From positions 1 to 27,932 of IMG/VR virus record IMGVR_UViG_3300027886_000013: a DNA stretch of 27,932 bases. One strand, given 5' to 3'. Origin of the DNA: a virus (Duplodnaviria > Caudoviricetes). The translations under genes were made by a program, and so were the position numbers. Positions 15,369 through 25,343 of the stretch are shown piece after piece. How positions within the stretch are numbered: the first letter of the stretch is position 1; each line of letters starts with the position of its first letter. The notes beneath the pieces were generated by a model. It was not told the DNA's origin. It did not search any database and saw only the letters and a list, made by a program, of their open reading frames with translations.

Positions 15369-16325
15369 ATGTCTATTTTTATCGTATTTGTAATGCTACT
15401 ATGGTCTGGAGTCGGTTGGGCATCGTCCCCAGAGATGAGAGTTACGGCAAGTAGTTACGAGAAAGCGAACGAACCGGGCAATGCAATCGATAATGATCCT
15501 TCCACGCACTGGACATGTCGCGGGGGATGCTGGATTGAGATAGATAGAGGCTATGTGGGTACTGATGTCACGCATTTCTTTATTGCATGGTTGAACGAAA
15601 AACGAGAAAACTTCTTTGATATTGCTGTCTCGGTGGATAGGGTTAACTGGATGACTGTATTTAGTGGAAGTAATCTCAGTGAAAATACGGGAACAGAAAC
15701 AGGTGAGTATGAGTTTGATCCTGATCTTACAGGCACTGAGCACGGCATGGTCTCCGCACGTTACATCCGCGTCATTGGCCATGGCAATAATGTCAGCAAC
15801 CACAACTCGATAGCCGAGCTTAGCATTTGGACATTCGACCAAAATGAAGAGGAATTCCTCGAGCATGAGGTTGCCTCGGCCACTGCCAGTGCTAGTAATA
15901 AAACGAATACGCCCGAACGTGCCGTAGACGGTAATCTGGCTACCCACTGGACTGCTGACAACGGAGAATCGCTACAGCTCGACCTTGGCTATGTGGATAC
16001 CGTAGAGAACGTGAAGATTGCCTGGCTCAGCGGCAACAAGCGCAAGGCAGACTTCGACATTGAGGTATCAGTGGATGGCATCAGCTGGGAGCTGGCCTTT
16101 TCAGGAACGAGCACTGGCGCCAGCCTGAAGCTGGAGAATAATTTCTTCGGGCAAGAGTACTGTGCCCGCTACGTGCGGATTACTGGCCTCGGCAATGACC
16201 ATCCGACTCAGGGAAATAAAAACTCAATTACCGAAGTCGAAATCTGGGGATGGAGTCGATATTTTGATCTCTCATGTGAAGAGGAAGTCGGTGGCGAGAT
16301 TGATGCAGTTGCCGGTCGGATGTAA
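15369..16325 (+). CDS. Secreted protein with two discoidin (F5/8 type C, CBM32-like) domains; moron-like
   Basis: Signal peptide MSIFIVFVMLLWSGVGWA; two repeats of TAS...P.[NR]A.D....THW...[IL].[IL]D.G....IAWL...R...FDI.VSVD...W...FSG...ARY[IV]R[VI].G.GN...NSI.E. Start moved to the ATG at 15369 (AAGGAG SD). Confidence 0.85.
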   Translation: MSIFIVFVMLLWSGVGWASSPEMRVTASSYEKANEPGNAIDNDPSTHWTCRGGCWIEIDRGYVGTDVTHFFIAWLNEKRENFFDIAVSVDRVNWMTVFSGSNLSENTGTETGEYEFDPDLTGTEHGMVSARYIRVIGHGNNVSNHNSIAELSIWTFDQNEEEFLEHEVASATASASNKTNTPERAVDGNLATHWTADNGESLQLDLGYVDTVENVKIAWLSGNKRKADFDIEVSVDGISWELAFSGTSTGASLKLENNFFGQEYCARYVRITGLGNDHPTQGNKNSITEVEIWGWSRYFDLSCEEEVGGEIDAVAGRM

Positions 16326-16421
16326 CGGATAGAACGGTCCCGAGAGAGAAATCTTTCGGGTCTGCAAGGGCTGATGGTCTCTGCCGGTCAAAGCTGAACT
16401 GTCAGCCCGCTAAGCCCCGCA

Positions 16422-19400
16422 TTATGCCTTCATTTCATGCATAACCCTAGTTAATACCTTCCGCATTTCTACAAACTCTGCCGTCTGTGACCTTGCAATA
16501 CGGATCATCTCGTTAATGCCAAGTGCGGTAGTCGAATTGTTGGAGCTGATCTGCCGTAGGTAGTCCACTGAACTCCTGCCAAGCTGGACCTGTTCGAGCT
16601 GCCTTGTTTCCTGCCTAACCAGATTGGCCCGCTCCAGCTCAATCCTCCGAGCCTCCCGGTCCCGCATATTGGTCAGCACCGTTGCGACCTCATTCCGTGC
16701 GTCCATAGACCCGCCAGTGCCACCCCTGATCTGCTGGGCGATATCGGCAAACTGTCTCCCGGCTTGCAGCGCTTCACTTATATCGCCACCTCTCACGGCC
16801 TCCATAAACTGCGTCCTGGCCTCATCAAGCCGCTGTTGAGCCGGCAGGACATCAGACAACCTGGACTGCCCCAGATAGTCATCAACCTGCTTAAGGGCGT
16901 CGCGTCTTGACTGGAATGATTCATCGATCGCAGTAATTGCATCCTGGCGAATGATATTCGCTTGTGCTTTAAATGAGTCTGTTAGGTCCTCTGTGGATAG
17001 GCCCAAAATCTCGGCGGATTGGATAAGCCCAGCGACTTGCTCAGTTAGTGCCTGCATCCTCTGGATCGTTTCACTTCTCTCTGGTAACCCCGCTTCGATG
17101 AATGACTTGAAGGCATCACCAATCCCCTTCATATTAGAACCACCGCCGCCGCTGATCGCCTCTAGAGCCCGGTCGACCTGTGCGGTCGCGACTGCAAGTC
17201 TTTTAAATTGATCGATCCGGCTCTGAGAGACTAAGCCTTTATCGGCTAATTCTTGGAATTCTCGCACCTGCTCATTGATCTGTATCATGGTCGCCAAGGC
17301 CGGGTTCACAAATTGTAAGAGCGACTGACCAAATTGTATTTGCTGCTCCCGCTTTTCTTCAGCCTCTTGGCGCCTGCGCTCTAAGTCCTCCTTCTTGACT
17401 TTATCCATCGCCAACTTCGCAAATTGGTCAACCAGGCCTTTGGGAATTAGGCCCTCCTTTGACTGCTGCCGGAAATCAGCAACCTGCTGATTAACATCGT
17501 GCATAGCAGCCCCGAGCGGATTCGTAAAATCGAGAATCAGGCCCTGGATATTGGCCTTTGCATCGGCAGCCCGCTGCCTCTTTTGCTCTGCATCGGCTTT
17601 CCGCTGCTCCGCCTGGCGCTGTGCATCGGCCCTCCCCTGGGACGCGCTGCTACTGCTACCGCCACTGCTGCCACCACGGCTACTGCTACCACCACGATTA
17701 CTGCCGCCACCACTGCTGCCACTACGGTTGCTGCCACCATCAGAGCGCTGTGGTGTGCTCTGTCGCGCTGGACGCGGTGTGCCCCCTCTGAGTAGTCCAG
17801 TCAGATCCGGTACACGGAGCGTCACTTGCCTCGCCTGTTGCGCTGGACGCGGTGTGCCCCCTCTAAGTAGTCCAGCCAGATCTGGTGCACGGAGCGTCGG
17901 TACAACACGGATCGTTGGTTGCGGCGGTCTCAACGCCGTCGCAGTCACTCGCCCCCGTGTCACCGCACTCCCACCTGCCCCGCCACCGCCATATGCCCCA
18001 CCCACACGGGTAGCAGCACTGCTGCTACTATATCCAAGCCCCCCTGTCGGCGTCTGTCGCGCTCCTGCCGCCGACTGTCGCCCCCCTGTCGGCGTCTGTC
18101 GCGATCCTGTCGCAGGGGCTCTCGGGATCGATGGACGCTGTTGTGCCGCATTCACAAGACTAGCGGCAGCTGCATTTGCCGCTCCCGTTATGCCACTTAG
18201 TATACGAACGACATTGCTTGCAGCGTCCCCGAATGCGCCCGAAATGACACCTGCTGCGTCCTGGGCACCGCTTATGATGGTGCTGTATGTGCTCCCGGCA
18301 CCGAGTACGATGGCCTCGTTTGCCTCCTGGTTCCCGCTTACGATGGCCTCGGTTGTCTGCTCGGCACCTCTTGTGGTAGCGTCGTTTATTTGGTTGTTAG
18401 CATCTGTATTGGTAGCTACACGATCGTCTGCAAGATCTCTTTCTAAGTCTGCCCGCTCAAGTGCATGCTTTCTGTCCAGCTGCTCAAGATCGGCTCCGAT
18501 CGCGATGGCTTGATCCCTTTCCCGCTTCTGTCTCCGTTCAAGGTCGTCCCATCGTTGCGCGATTGGATCGGTAAGACCTAGAATGTCATTGGCGATGGAC
18601 TCGTTAAAGTCTGCTAGTGCATCTGCGGCCGCTTTTGCACGCGCGTCCTCTGCGTCCTGTGCCGCTTTAGTAGCCTCCCTATACCACTCATCCACTAGCT
18701 CCTGAGGGATTAAACCTTCTGCAGCCTGGGCCTTGAAAATGATGAGTTGTTGATATATCGAGTGCATAGCGGCCGCGAATGGGTCCGTCATCCCCAATAT
18801 CAGGCCAACAATGTTCCCGCGGGCTGCATCTGACTGCATCTGGATTTCTTCGTTGACTCGCTTCTCAAGCTCGACTCTCTCTGCGGCATTGAGTTTTTCA
18901 ACCTCTACGAGATCTGCCCCTGCATCGATGGCATTCTGATACCGCTCTGCTTGCATGGCTTCTAATGCGTCGAACTCTGCGGCAACGGGATCTGTAAGGG
19001 CTAGGAGGCTATTGGCGATACCCTCATTAAAATCCGTTGTGACCTGTGCAAGCAGCCTGTTTTGCTCTGCTACGATCTCGTCAATAGGAAGGCCCAGAGT
19101 AGTAGCGCGATCAGCCAGTGCTTGGAATTGATCGTTAATTGCGTTGATCGCAGCTGCGGTATCAGAGAGTGGCCCTATCTTGAAGTCCTCAATCATCCGC
19201 AGAATTTCTAGTGCTTCCTCTGCCCGCTGCACGATAGCCTGGATATTTCCGGCATCAGCACTAAACTGCTCGCCTACGATATTGGTTGCAGTCGCCTCGT
19301 CTGTGAGTGCAGTGAGTGCATGGTGAAGGCGGAGTTGGATGGCTTTGGCAATAGCATCGTCCACACCTTCAGCCTGCACCATAGAACCCGCGGGTACTGC

Positions 19401-21881
19401 TGTCTGAAAATACTGCGTGACGATTGCGCGCTGTTGGGCATTTAGATACTTGGCAATGGCAGAGTCAATTTCGGAAATGGCCATCGTGGCAGCGCTAGCC
19501 GCCTCCATTGATACGACAGACTGATCGAACAGTGAGACAACACCAAATGGACTTCTGCTCGTTGGACCTTCGTGCGGGTTTGTCGGCGCCCCCAGCGATG
19601 TTTGTAAGATGAGGCGCACCTTTTCATTGTGCTCGCTCAATATCCCGCCGAGCATGCCGCCGATAACAGAACCCGCTGCGGCACCTATGACTGGGCCAAC
19701 GGCTGTGAAGGCGCCGACAACTCCTCCAACGACTGCGCCAGCAATGCTGCCAATCGTAGCGCCAGTATTATTTACGCCAGCCACCTGAGTTGCAGCCATG
19801 CCCACGCCAACACCCGCAAAAACACCCCCGGCAATCTCGCCAAATTTGCCACCACCACCGCTAATCCCTAGCATTTGGGCCAGCTGCCCTATCTTTTGTT
19901 TTGCCTGGTCCACGAGCTTATTTATGCCCGTGATGACCTGATTCATAATGGGTTCCATGGCAAAGGATGAAAGGAGTTCAGAGGTGATGGTGGCGGCGGT
20001 ATCGGCGAAAAGATCACCGATGGCGTCAGCGAAATCTGCGATATTGTCTAGGTCTCCGGTCATGGCATCACGGATACTACCGGCAAGTAGAGATTGGATA
20101 TTCTCCTGCATGTTCTCGAAGATTTTACTAATCTCGTTGGCAGTCTTCTGCTCTTCAGCTATCCGCTGTGCGTTTGTGCGTTCTACGATTTTAAGGAATG
20201 CATCATGTGTCTCTTCTTGTGCTTTGCGAGTCTCGTCCTCTAGCTTCTCACGGATATCCTGAACCTTACTTGCCGCTGTATCCTCTTGCTCAACCCATTC
20301 TTCATTTTGTCGAATTCGCTCTTTATTAGTACGGTCTAAAATACGCAAGAACTCATCGTGAAGTTCTTGCGCTACCTTCTTTTCTGCTTCTGGATTTACA
20401 ATAGTTGTTTTTCTATTTAGTGCTTCTAGCTTCTTAACAAGGTCCTGAATAACAGGGGGTACATCTGTCGCCGCTTTCTTTGCTGCATCAGTTTGTTCTT
20501 TTGGATCGACAAGTGGCTTCATATCTAAATCCAACCACGTAGCGATCTCATTAACTAGATGCTTGATGTCCTGGACGAGTGCTTTGCCTTGTGCCCCGGT
20601 TACCGGAGCCATGACATCGCCAACCCCTTTGATAGAAGTGATACCAGCGATTGAGCTTTGAAGACTGTCAGTGCTTAGCGATACCGTATCAATGTCCTTG
20701 CTGACAAATCCAAGGGCTTGACCTAACTTTGTAGACCAGGTTGCGAAGTTATCAAAAAACGATGTCAGATTAGGCAAAAACTTCCCTAGAAAATCTGCTA
20801 TATCCCTGAACGTCCCCATAATGATATCTCCCACTTTCTGGAAGATAGCACGCGAGAGTTCTGCAACCGTCACGACGATTTTGATGATATTATCTGTCGT
20901 CTGCGTGACAACGCTGGGATCTGGGAAAATATCCAGCATATTACTTTCGAACTCGACTGCCTTGATGGCTTCACTTGAGGCAAGAACCCCTTTCGTCAAG
21001 TCCACAAACTCGTTAAAGATCGTATTAAACCCTCTCGTAAATTGAGCAGGGATGGTAGTAGCGGCAGCTTCCGCTAATGCAGCGTAATCCTTGTGAAGTT
21101 GATTCGCCAGGAGGAGCATATTGTCACTGCTTACAGTGCCTGCTTGCAGCATTTTAGAGAGTTCCTTTGTGGTCACCCCCATTGCGTCTGCAAGCTTTTG
21201 AAAGGCAGGCACCCCATTTTCAGCCATTGTCGATAATTCTTCTCCTTGGAATTTCCCCTTGGCCATGGTTTGCGTTAACTGATTGAGAACCCGGTTATAC
21301 ACCTCAGAACTCGCACCCGTGGCGCGCATCGTCTCGCCAATCGCCTGGAAGACGAATTTAAGTGCCTCACCATCAAGCTTTGTGCCTTTGGCTGCATTAG
21401 CCAAACGCGCATATGCTTTTGCGCCGTCAAGGTTGCTGAGAGCCAACCGATCGGTCTCTGCCCGAATAAATGCCATTTCGGCAGCAGCAGCTGTAGAACT
21501 TCCTCGTAGGCTCGTCAGTTGCCGCTCTACGCCCGTAATGCTCTCAGCAGCCTTAATCGCGCTTGTGGCAAACTGCACAAGTGCCCTGGCACCCACATCT
21601 ATACCGAGTGCACCCAGCATGCCTTTCATGGTTTGTAGAGCTGGATTTAGTTTCTGGCTTACTGACTGCGCTGTCTTATTGGCTGCCTGCGTCGTCTCGT
21701 CGAGCTTCGTATTAACCTTCTGTATCTCGTTAGCGGCAGGCCCAGCGCCACTACCGACATTCTCTAATGCTTTACGCATATTAGCAGTGGCGCGATCAGC
21801 GGCACTTTGGGCCCTCTGTAGGTCCGCATTGAATTTGTCTAGACCTACTCTAAGATCAGCAACTAATGCCTGTTCTGCCAC
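16422..21881 (-). CDS. Tail tape measure protein
   Basis: 1819 aa, Ala-rich helical; tape-measure N-terminal motif QLTQTMAKGKFQGEELSTMAENGVP; Gly-rich hydrophobic segment; follows the tail chaperones. Confidence 0.92.
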   Translation of the reverse strand: MAEQALVADLRVGLDKFNADLQRAQSAADRATANMRKALENVGSGAGPAANEIQKVNTKLDETTQAANKTAQSVSQKLNPALQTMKGMLGALGIDVGARALVQFATSAIKAAESITGVERQLTSLRGSSTAAAAEMAFIRAETDRLALSNLDGAKAYARLANAAKGTKLDGEALKFVFQAIGETMRATGASSEVYNRVLNQLTQTMAKGKFQGEELSTMAENGVPAFQKLADAMGVTTKELSKMLQAGTVSSDNMLLLANQLHKDYAALAEAAATTIPAQFTRGFNTIFNEFVDLTKGVLASSEAIKAVEFESNMLDIFPDPSVVTQTTDNIIKIVVTVAELSRAIFQKVGDIIMGTFRDIADFLGKFLPNLTSFFDNFATWSTKLGQALGFVSKDIDTVSLSTDSLQSSIAGITSIKGVGDVMAPVTGAQGKALVQDIKHLVNEIATWLDLDMKPLVDPKEQTDAAKKAATDVPPVIQDLVKKLEALNRKTTIVNPEAEKKVAQELHDEFLRILDRTNKERIRQNEEWVEQEDTAASKVQDIREKLEDETRKAQEETHDAFLKIVERTNAQRIAEEQKTANEISKIFENMQENIQSLLAGSIRDAMTGDLDNIADFADAIGDLFADTAATITSELLSSFAMEPIMNQVITGINKLVDQAKQKIGQLAQMLGISGGGGKFGEIAGGVFAGVGVGMAATQVAGVNNTGATIGSIAGAVVGGVVGAFTAVGPVIGAAAGSVIGGMLGGILSEHNEKVRLILQTSLGAPTNPHEGPTSRSPFGVVSLFDQSVVSMEAASAATMAISEIDSAIAKYLNAQQRAIVTQYFQTAVPAGSMVQAEGVDDAIAKAIQLRLHHALTALTDEATATNIVGEQFSADAGNIQAIVQRAEEALEILRMIEDFKIGPLSDTAAAINAINDQFQALADRATTLGLPIDEIVAEQNRLLAQVTTDFNEGIANSLLALTDPVAAEFDALEAMQAERYQNAIDAGADLVEVEKLNAAERVELEKRVNEEIQMQSDAARGNIVGLILGMTDPFAAAMHSIYQQLIIFKAQAAEGLIPQELVDEWYREATKAAQDAEDARAKAAADALADFNESIANDILGLTDPIAQRWDDLERRQKRERDQAIAIGADLEQLDRKHALERADLERDLADDRVATNTDANNQINDATTRGAEQTTEAIVSGNQEANEAIVLGAGSTYSTIISGAQDAAGVISGAFGDAASNVVRILSGITGAANAAAASLVNAAQQRPSIPRAPATGSRQTPTGGRQSAAGARQTPTGGLGYSSSSAATRVGGAYGGGGAGGSAVTRGRVTATALRPPQPTIRVVPTLRAPDLAGLLRGGTPRPAQQARQVTLRVPDLTGLLRGGTPRPARQSTPQRSDGGSNRSGSSGGGSNRGGSSSRGGSSGGSSSSASQGRADAQRQAEQRKADAEQKRQRAADAKANIQGLILDFTNPLGAAMHDVNQQVADFRQQSKEGLIPKGLVDQFAKLAMDKVKKEDLERRRQEAEEKREQQIQFGQSLLQFVNPALATMIQINEQVREFQELADKGLVSQSRIDQFKRLAVATAQVDRALEAISGGGGSNMKGIGDAFKSFIEAGLPERSETIQRMQALTEQVAGLIQSAEILGLSTEDLTDSFKAQANIIRQDAITAIDESFQSRRDALKQVDDYLGQSRLSDVLPAQQRLDEARTQFMEAVRGGDISEALQAGRQFADIAQQIRGGTGGSMDARNEVATVLTNMRDREARRIELERANLVRQETRQLEQVQLGRSSVDYLRQISSNNSTTALGINEMIRIARSQTAEFVEMRKVLTRVMHEMKA
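17766..17898. repeat. 58-bp direct repeat (period 75) inside the tape measure gene
   Basis: 17766-17823 vs 17841-17898, encoding TLR[AV]PDL[AT]GLLRGGTPRPA twice. Further RQTPTGG repeats at ~18039-18102. Confidence 0.85.
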
Positions 21882-21887
21882 TGGCCT

Positions 21888-22175
21888 CTAACCCCTGTCG
21901 AAGAAGGTAAACCGTTTATCTGATGGGGTGTTGTAATAGTTCTCTTTCTCCAAGTGGAGCCTGTACAGTGCCGTTTGGAAAATGCGAACTTCCTTCGGGA
22001 GCTTTAACCACAGATGGAACGGCATATGGAACTGCGTCATGGCCATCTCGGCCTCGAAGTAGAGTCCTGTCATCCGCTCCATAGGATGACGCCATTTCTG
22101 TCCACCCCGGCTATGGTTTGGGTGAAGCTGCTCGGGCGGGTAGACCAGGCTATACGGCATGCCCAGAGCAGCCAT
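21888..22175 (-). CDS. Tail assembly chaperone, downstream (T-like) part
   Basis: Lies between the chaperone and tape measure genes, in the -1 frame of the upstream gene. Confidence 0.65.
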   Translation of the reverse strand: MAALGMPYSLVYPPEQLHPNHSRGGQKWRHPMERMTGLYFEAEMAMTQFHMPFHLWLKLPKEVRIFQTALYRLHLEKENYYNTPSDKRFTFFDRG

Positions 22176-22825
22176 TACTTTTTTGTTAATTCATCCTCGT
22201 CGTCTACTTCAACCTCAAGTGACAGGTCCTCGATCGCCTTTTCAATGTACTCTAGTTGCTTTTCGGTCAACCTTAGCCGCCTTAGTACCTCAACAGCCCC
22301 ATCATAATCGCTACCCAGTTTATCATCAGGGTCCCAGACCACATTCCCCCGGCGGTCCTTCAGCGGGATATCGAGCCCGTGCAGTATCTTGTCGATTCTG
22401 AGCTTCTCAGTCAGCCTCGTGAACTCTGCTACTTTTTCAGCGTACTGTGGGTGTTGCATATCCTGATCCCACCCACCAATATGCCCCTTTCTCGCCTCAT
22501 CCCATGGGCCTACGTCTGGAAACCTTTTTCTAGGGATTTTCTGTGCAGAGGCATTATACTCAGCAGAGATCTCGGTGAGAACATGAGAAGGGATGGCCTT
22601 GATGGGCAACTGGTATAATTCTGCTTTCCCATTGACCTTAACGACTATTTCAACTTCGCCAGTGCCCTGAAAGGACATTGACGACGCATCCAAGGATTCA
22701 AGACGCCTACGCACCTGCTGATCATAAACCTGGCGGGCAATGATCTGCTCCGGTGTGTCATCGTGGTATTTGGGCAATGCCTCGGTAGGGGACAACAAAT
22801 TCAACGAGTTATTCTCTGACATCAA
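22175..22825 (-). CDS. Tail assembly chaperone (G-like)
   Basis: Position between tail tube and tape measure; ends in slippery A AAA AAG. Confidence 0.7.
   Translation of the reverse strand: MMSENNSLNLLSPTEALPKYHDDTPEQIIARQVYDQQVRRRLESLDASSMSFQGTGEVEIVVKVNGKAELYQLPIKAIPSHVLTEISAEYNASAQKIPRKRFPDVGPWDEARKGHIGGWDQDMQHPQYAEKVAEFTRLTEKLRIDKILHGLDIPLKDRRGNVVWDPDDKLGSDYDGAVEVLRRLRLTEKQLEYIEKAIEDLSLEVEVDDEDELTKK
22178..22184 (-). promoter_or_regulatory. Programmed -1 ribosomal frameshift site A AAA AAG
   Basis: ACA AAA AAG TAA; a -1 slip reads AAA GTA ATG GCT into 21888-22175. Confidence 0.75.
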
Positions 22826-22832
22826 CTATCCT

Positions 22833-23456
22833 TTATGACGGAATTGACTCAGTACCCGTAGGCCAATCCGTTAGATTGGGGTTGATCTCGCCCCAGATTT
22901 GGGCCGTGACATCGAAGTACATGAGCTGGCCCTCGGGCACGTCTTGCACGTTGGTGACCACGACGCCTTTGGCTTCACACACAAACGGGGTGCCTGCTGG
23001 TGCATCTACAGGAACGTTATAGCCCCAGCAGACCGATACCATGCGGGTTTGTTGCTGGACATCCTTCGGGTAGAGAGCAGGGATGGCAAGGCCGTCCGAG
23101 TTGTAACGAACACCAAGTGATGATGTGCCTAGACCAACCCAGGTATGGGCACCAATGGTCCATGTCGTTTTCGCCCATGGGTTGCCGAGGGCGTCAACGA
23201 GCTGCAAGCTTTGTGACATATGCATGACGCGGAAGGTGACTTCGATAGGCTCGAATGGGATCTGCTCGTTATCGATATAGGTAACTGCATACTCAGTCAT
23301 TCGCCCGCCATCGAGCTGAATCGCTGTCGTCGGCCTCGGGGCCATCGTCGGCAGAGTCGGTTGTTCCATTTGGAAATATTGGACATATTTACGGGGGGAC
23401 CCTCCGTCGTACACTCTAAAAAACCTGTCCTTTACACCTGAATTGGAAACGGGCAT
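22833..23456 (-). CDS. Putative major tail (tube) protein
   Basis: Synteny (after terminator-like gene, before chaperones); AGGAG SD; beta-rich 207 aa. Confidence 0.6.
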   Translation of the reverse strand: MPVSNSGVKDRFFRVYDGGSPRKYVQYFQMEQPTLPTMAPRPTTAIQLDGGRMTEYAVTYIDNEQIPFEPIEVTFRVMHMSQSLQLVDALGNPWAKTTWTIGAHTWVGLGTSSLGVRYNSDGLAIPALYPKDVQQQTRMVSVCWGYNVPVDAPAGTPFVCEAKGVVVTNVQDVPEGQLMYFDVTAQIWGEINPNLTDWPTGTESIPS

Positions 23457-23564
23457 AGTTACAACTCCTGACTGGCATTTCAGTAAAAAATGTCGTTACC
23501 TTGGGGGTTTCGACCATTGCTGATGTTGGTTAGGGCCGAGGAGGGGTGTTGATAGCATCCCTCC

Positions 23565-24071
23565 TCAACTCAGATTTATGACCTCATGGTACCGAAGGGG
23601 TACACTAATATTTATTTGTTGGATACCGGAATCCGGCACAACTGGGATTTCATTTACGTCAGGTCTGCCCCAGATCATGAGTGCACCCGCCCATGGGGTG
23701 CCCACCGCCCCATAGTCGTATACAGGTATTGCAGTCGTGATGAGAAATTTATGGCGCACGTTCTCAACCATCCCAATTAAGGCATAAAGGTTCGGCGCCC
23801 CTGTCCCCGTTTCCTGGTGCTCGAACACATTGATATTGAGAATGCACTGCGTCCAGGTCGAGATCGAGTTGCCGGGTGCCGTCATCAGATCCCCCACGCC
23901 ATCACCGGGTAGGAGATCAACCTCGACCCACCTCCGGGGCAAAGTCCCTGTACGATCCTGCCCCATGTAGTAGACGGTATAGCCGAGTTCTACGGATACA
24001 TGCGTCCTAACGAAGGCATTCACACTCTTGGTGATGTTGTCGAGCCTCGATCCTGCTTCTAGCGATGCCAT
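23565..24071 (-). CDS. Putative tail terminator / completion protein
   Basis: Synteny and size; alpha-beta pattern with 'ILNINVF'. Confidence 0.55.
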   Translation of the reverse strand: MASLEAGSRLDNITKSVNAFVRTHVSVELGYTVYYMGQDRTGTLPRRWVEVDLLPGDGVGDLMTAPGNSISTWTQCILNINVFEHQETGTGAPNLYALIGMVENVRHKFLITTAIPVYDYGAVGTPWAGALMIWGRPDVNEIPVVPDSGIQQINISVPLRYHEVINLS

Positions 24072-24478
24072 TAGCTTTGCTTCACTATCCTGACGAGTGC
24101 ATCCTTGAGTGGCAGCGTACGCTTTGAGATGGCACGCCGGACTGGTGCAGCCGGCTTCTGCTTCGGGAAGATGCCGCCACCTACCTCAACGCCACCCGGT
24201 AGGACATGTGCTCCTACCCGCTCCGTCTTAGGGCCAATACCAGGGTAGCCACCGTACTCAATGGTTGGCGCATAGTCGATGTCGTTACGCAACCGGTAGT
24301 GTGCGTGACCAACCTTCGTTGGCCCCTGCCATGCTGCACGGGATGCACCCGTATCGACCGGCCAGCCCTTGATGATCTCATCTCTTAGATGACCGGCTTC
24401 TACCCTGGTGACCTCGTCGGCCTTAGCTCTGCGATCATCCCCGTAGCGTTTGACTAGTTGACTAAGCGTCGAAGCCAT
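24071..24478 (-). CDS. HK97 gp10-like neck/tail-completion protein
   Basis: PVDTGASRAAW...NDIDYAPTIEYG...Q.PA..VR motifs. Confidence 0.8.
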   Translation of the reverse strand: MASTLSQLVKRYGDDRRAKADEVTRVEAGHLRDEIIKGWPVDTGASRAAWQGPTKVGHAHYRLRNDIDYAPTIEYGGYPGIGPKTERVGAHVLPGGVEVGGGIFPKQKPAAPVRRAISKRTLPLKDALVRIVKQS

Positions 24479-24966
24479 TACGGAGTCCCTGCAACTAAGC
24501 CAAGACGGAACGTATCAGTGCCTGTACCCGTCACGGTAATCCCTAGTGCCGACGCGCCGACGGTACCAAAACCTGTGGGCTCCCACTGCATAATAGAGCC
24601 GCCCGCCTTCACGATCGTCCCATTGGTCGCCGTGAACATGCTGTATGGGTTGACACCGGCAGCTACGAACGTCATCAAAGCAGTGCCCAGATTGTCAATC
24701 CGGTAACCCAAGACCCGGAGTCCTGTAAGATTCAACACGGTCCGGTCCGTACGGACTAGGCTTGTTGTCAGGTTTAAAGCGAGAGTTCCAGCTGCCAGAG
24801 CCAGTACGCCCGACCATACTTGCGTGGCTACGGGCACCGTCGAATTGGAAGCCCGGAAGGTAGTGTCCGGCATCGAGTAGTCAAAACCCGCAGTTGCGCC
24901 GAATGGCCCAACGGTCTCCTCATACAGTTTGCCAAAAAAGAGCATTTCAGCCGTTACATTGGCCAT
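24478..24966 (-). CDS. Hypothetical virion structural protein
   Basis: Thr/Gly/Ala-rich beta protein, translationally coupled within the head-tail module. Confidence 0.55.
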   Translation of the reverse strand: MANVTAEMLFFGKLYEETVGPFGATAGFDYSMPDTTFRASNSTVPVATQVWSGVLALAAGTLALNLTTSLVRTDRTVLNLTGLRVLGYRIDNLGTALMTFVAAGVNPYSMFTATNGTIVKAGGSIMQWEPTGFGTVGASALGITVTGTGTDTFRLGLVAGTP

Positions 24967-25343
24967 TACGTTCTCCTACGTGTTAATAAAGTCCACTCAA
25001 CGCCGAATTCATCCTTGGTTATGCCCGACGCCAGTATTTCGTAGTGAAAGGGCCCAACTGTCAGGATATCATCGGACTTCAGATCACTGGCGTACTTGCA
25101 CCTCATGGTCCAGCGTGTATCAACCTGATTCAGACCGGCACTCGCAAAGTCGATGCGTTCCCTAATCGATAGCGGCCAGGATCGCACGATGACATCAGTT
25201 ACTGAGTCTGTGTACGCCTGCTCACCTGTCACGACATCGAGTTCACCAAACGTCCGTCGCCTGAGCGTCGCCTTGGAATCAACACCGATCAGACGATCCG
25301 CATGCTTTGCATTCCGGTCTAGCATCCGAGCTATCGGCTTCAT
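24966..25343 (-). CDS. Putative head-closure protein
   Basis: Synteny after the adaptor; 'DLKSDDILTV...YEIL' pattern. Confidence 0.6.
   Translation of the reverse strand: MKPIARMLDRNAKHADRLIGVDSKATLRRRTFGELDVVTGEQAYTDSVTDVIVRSWPLSIRERIDFASAGLNQVDTRWTMRCKYASDLKSDDILTVGPFHYEILASGITKDEFGVEWTLLTRRRT

Noticed and set aside
17551-18513. 320-aa plus-strand ORF and other shadow ORFs within the tape measure gene
   Set aside because: They are antisense shadows of a low-complexity, stop-poor coding region.
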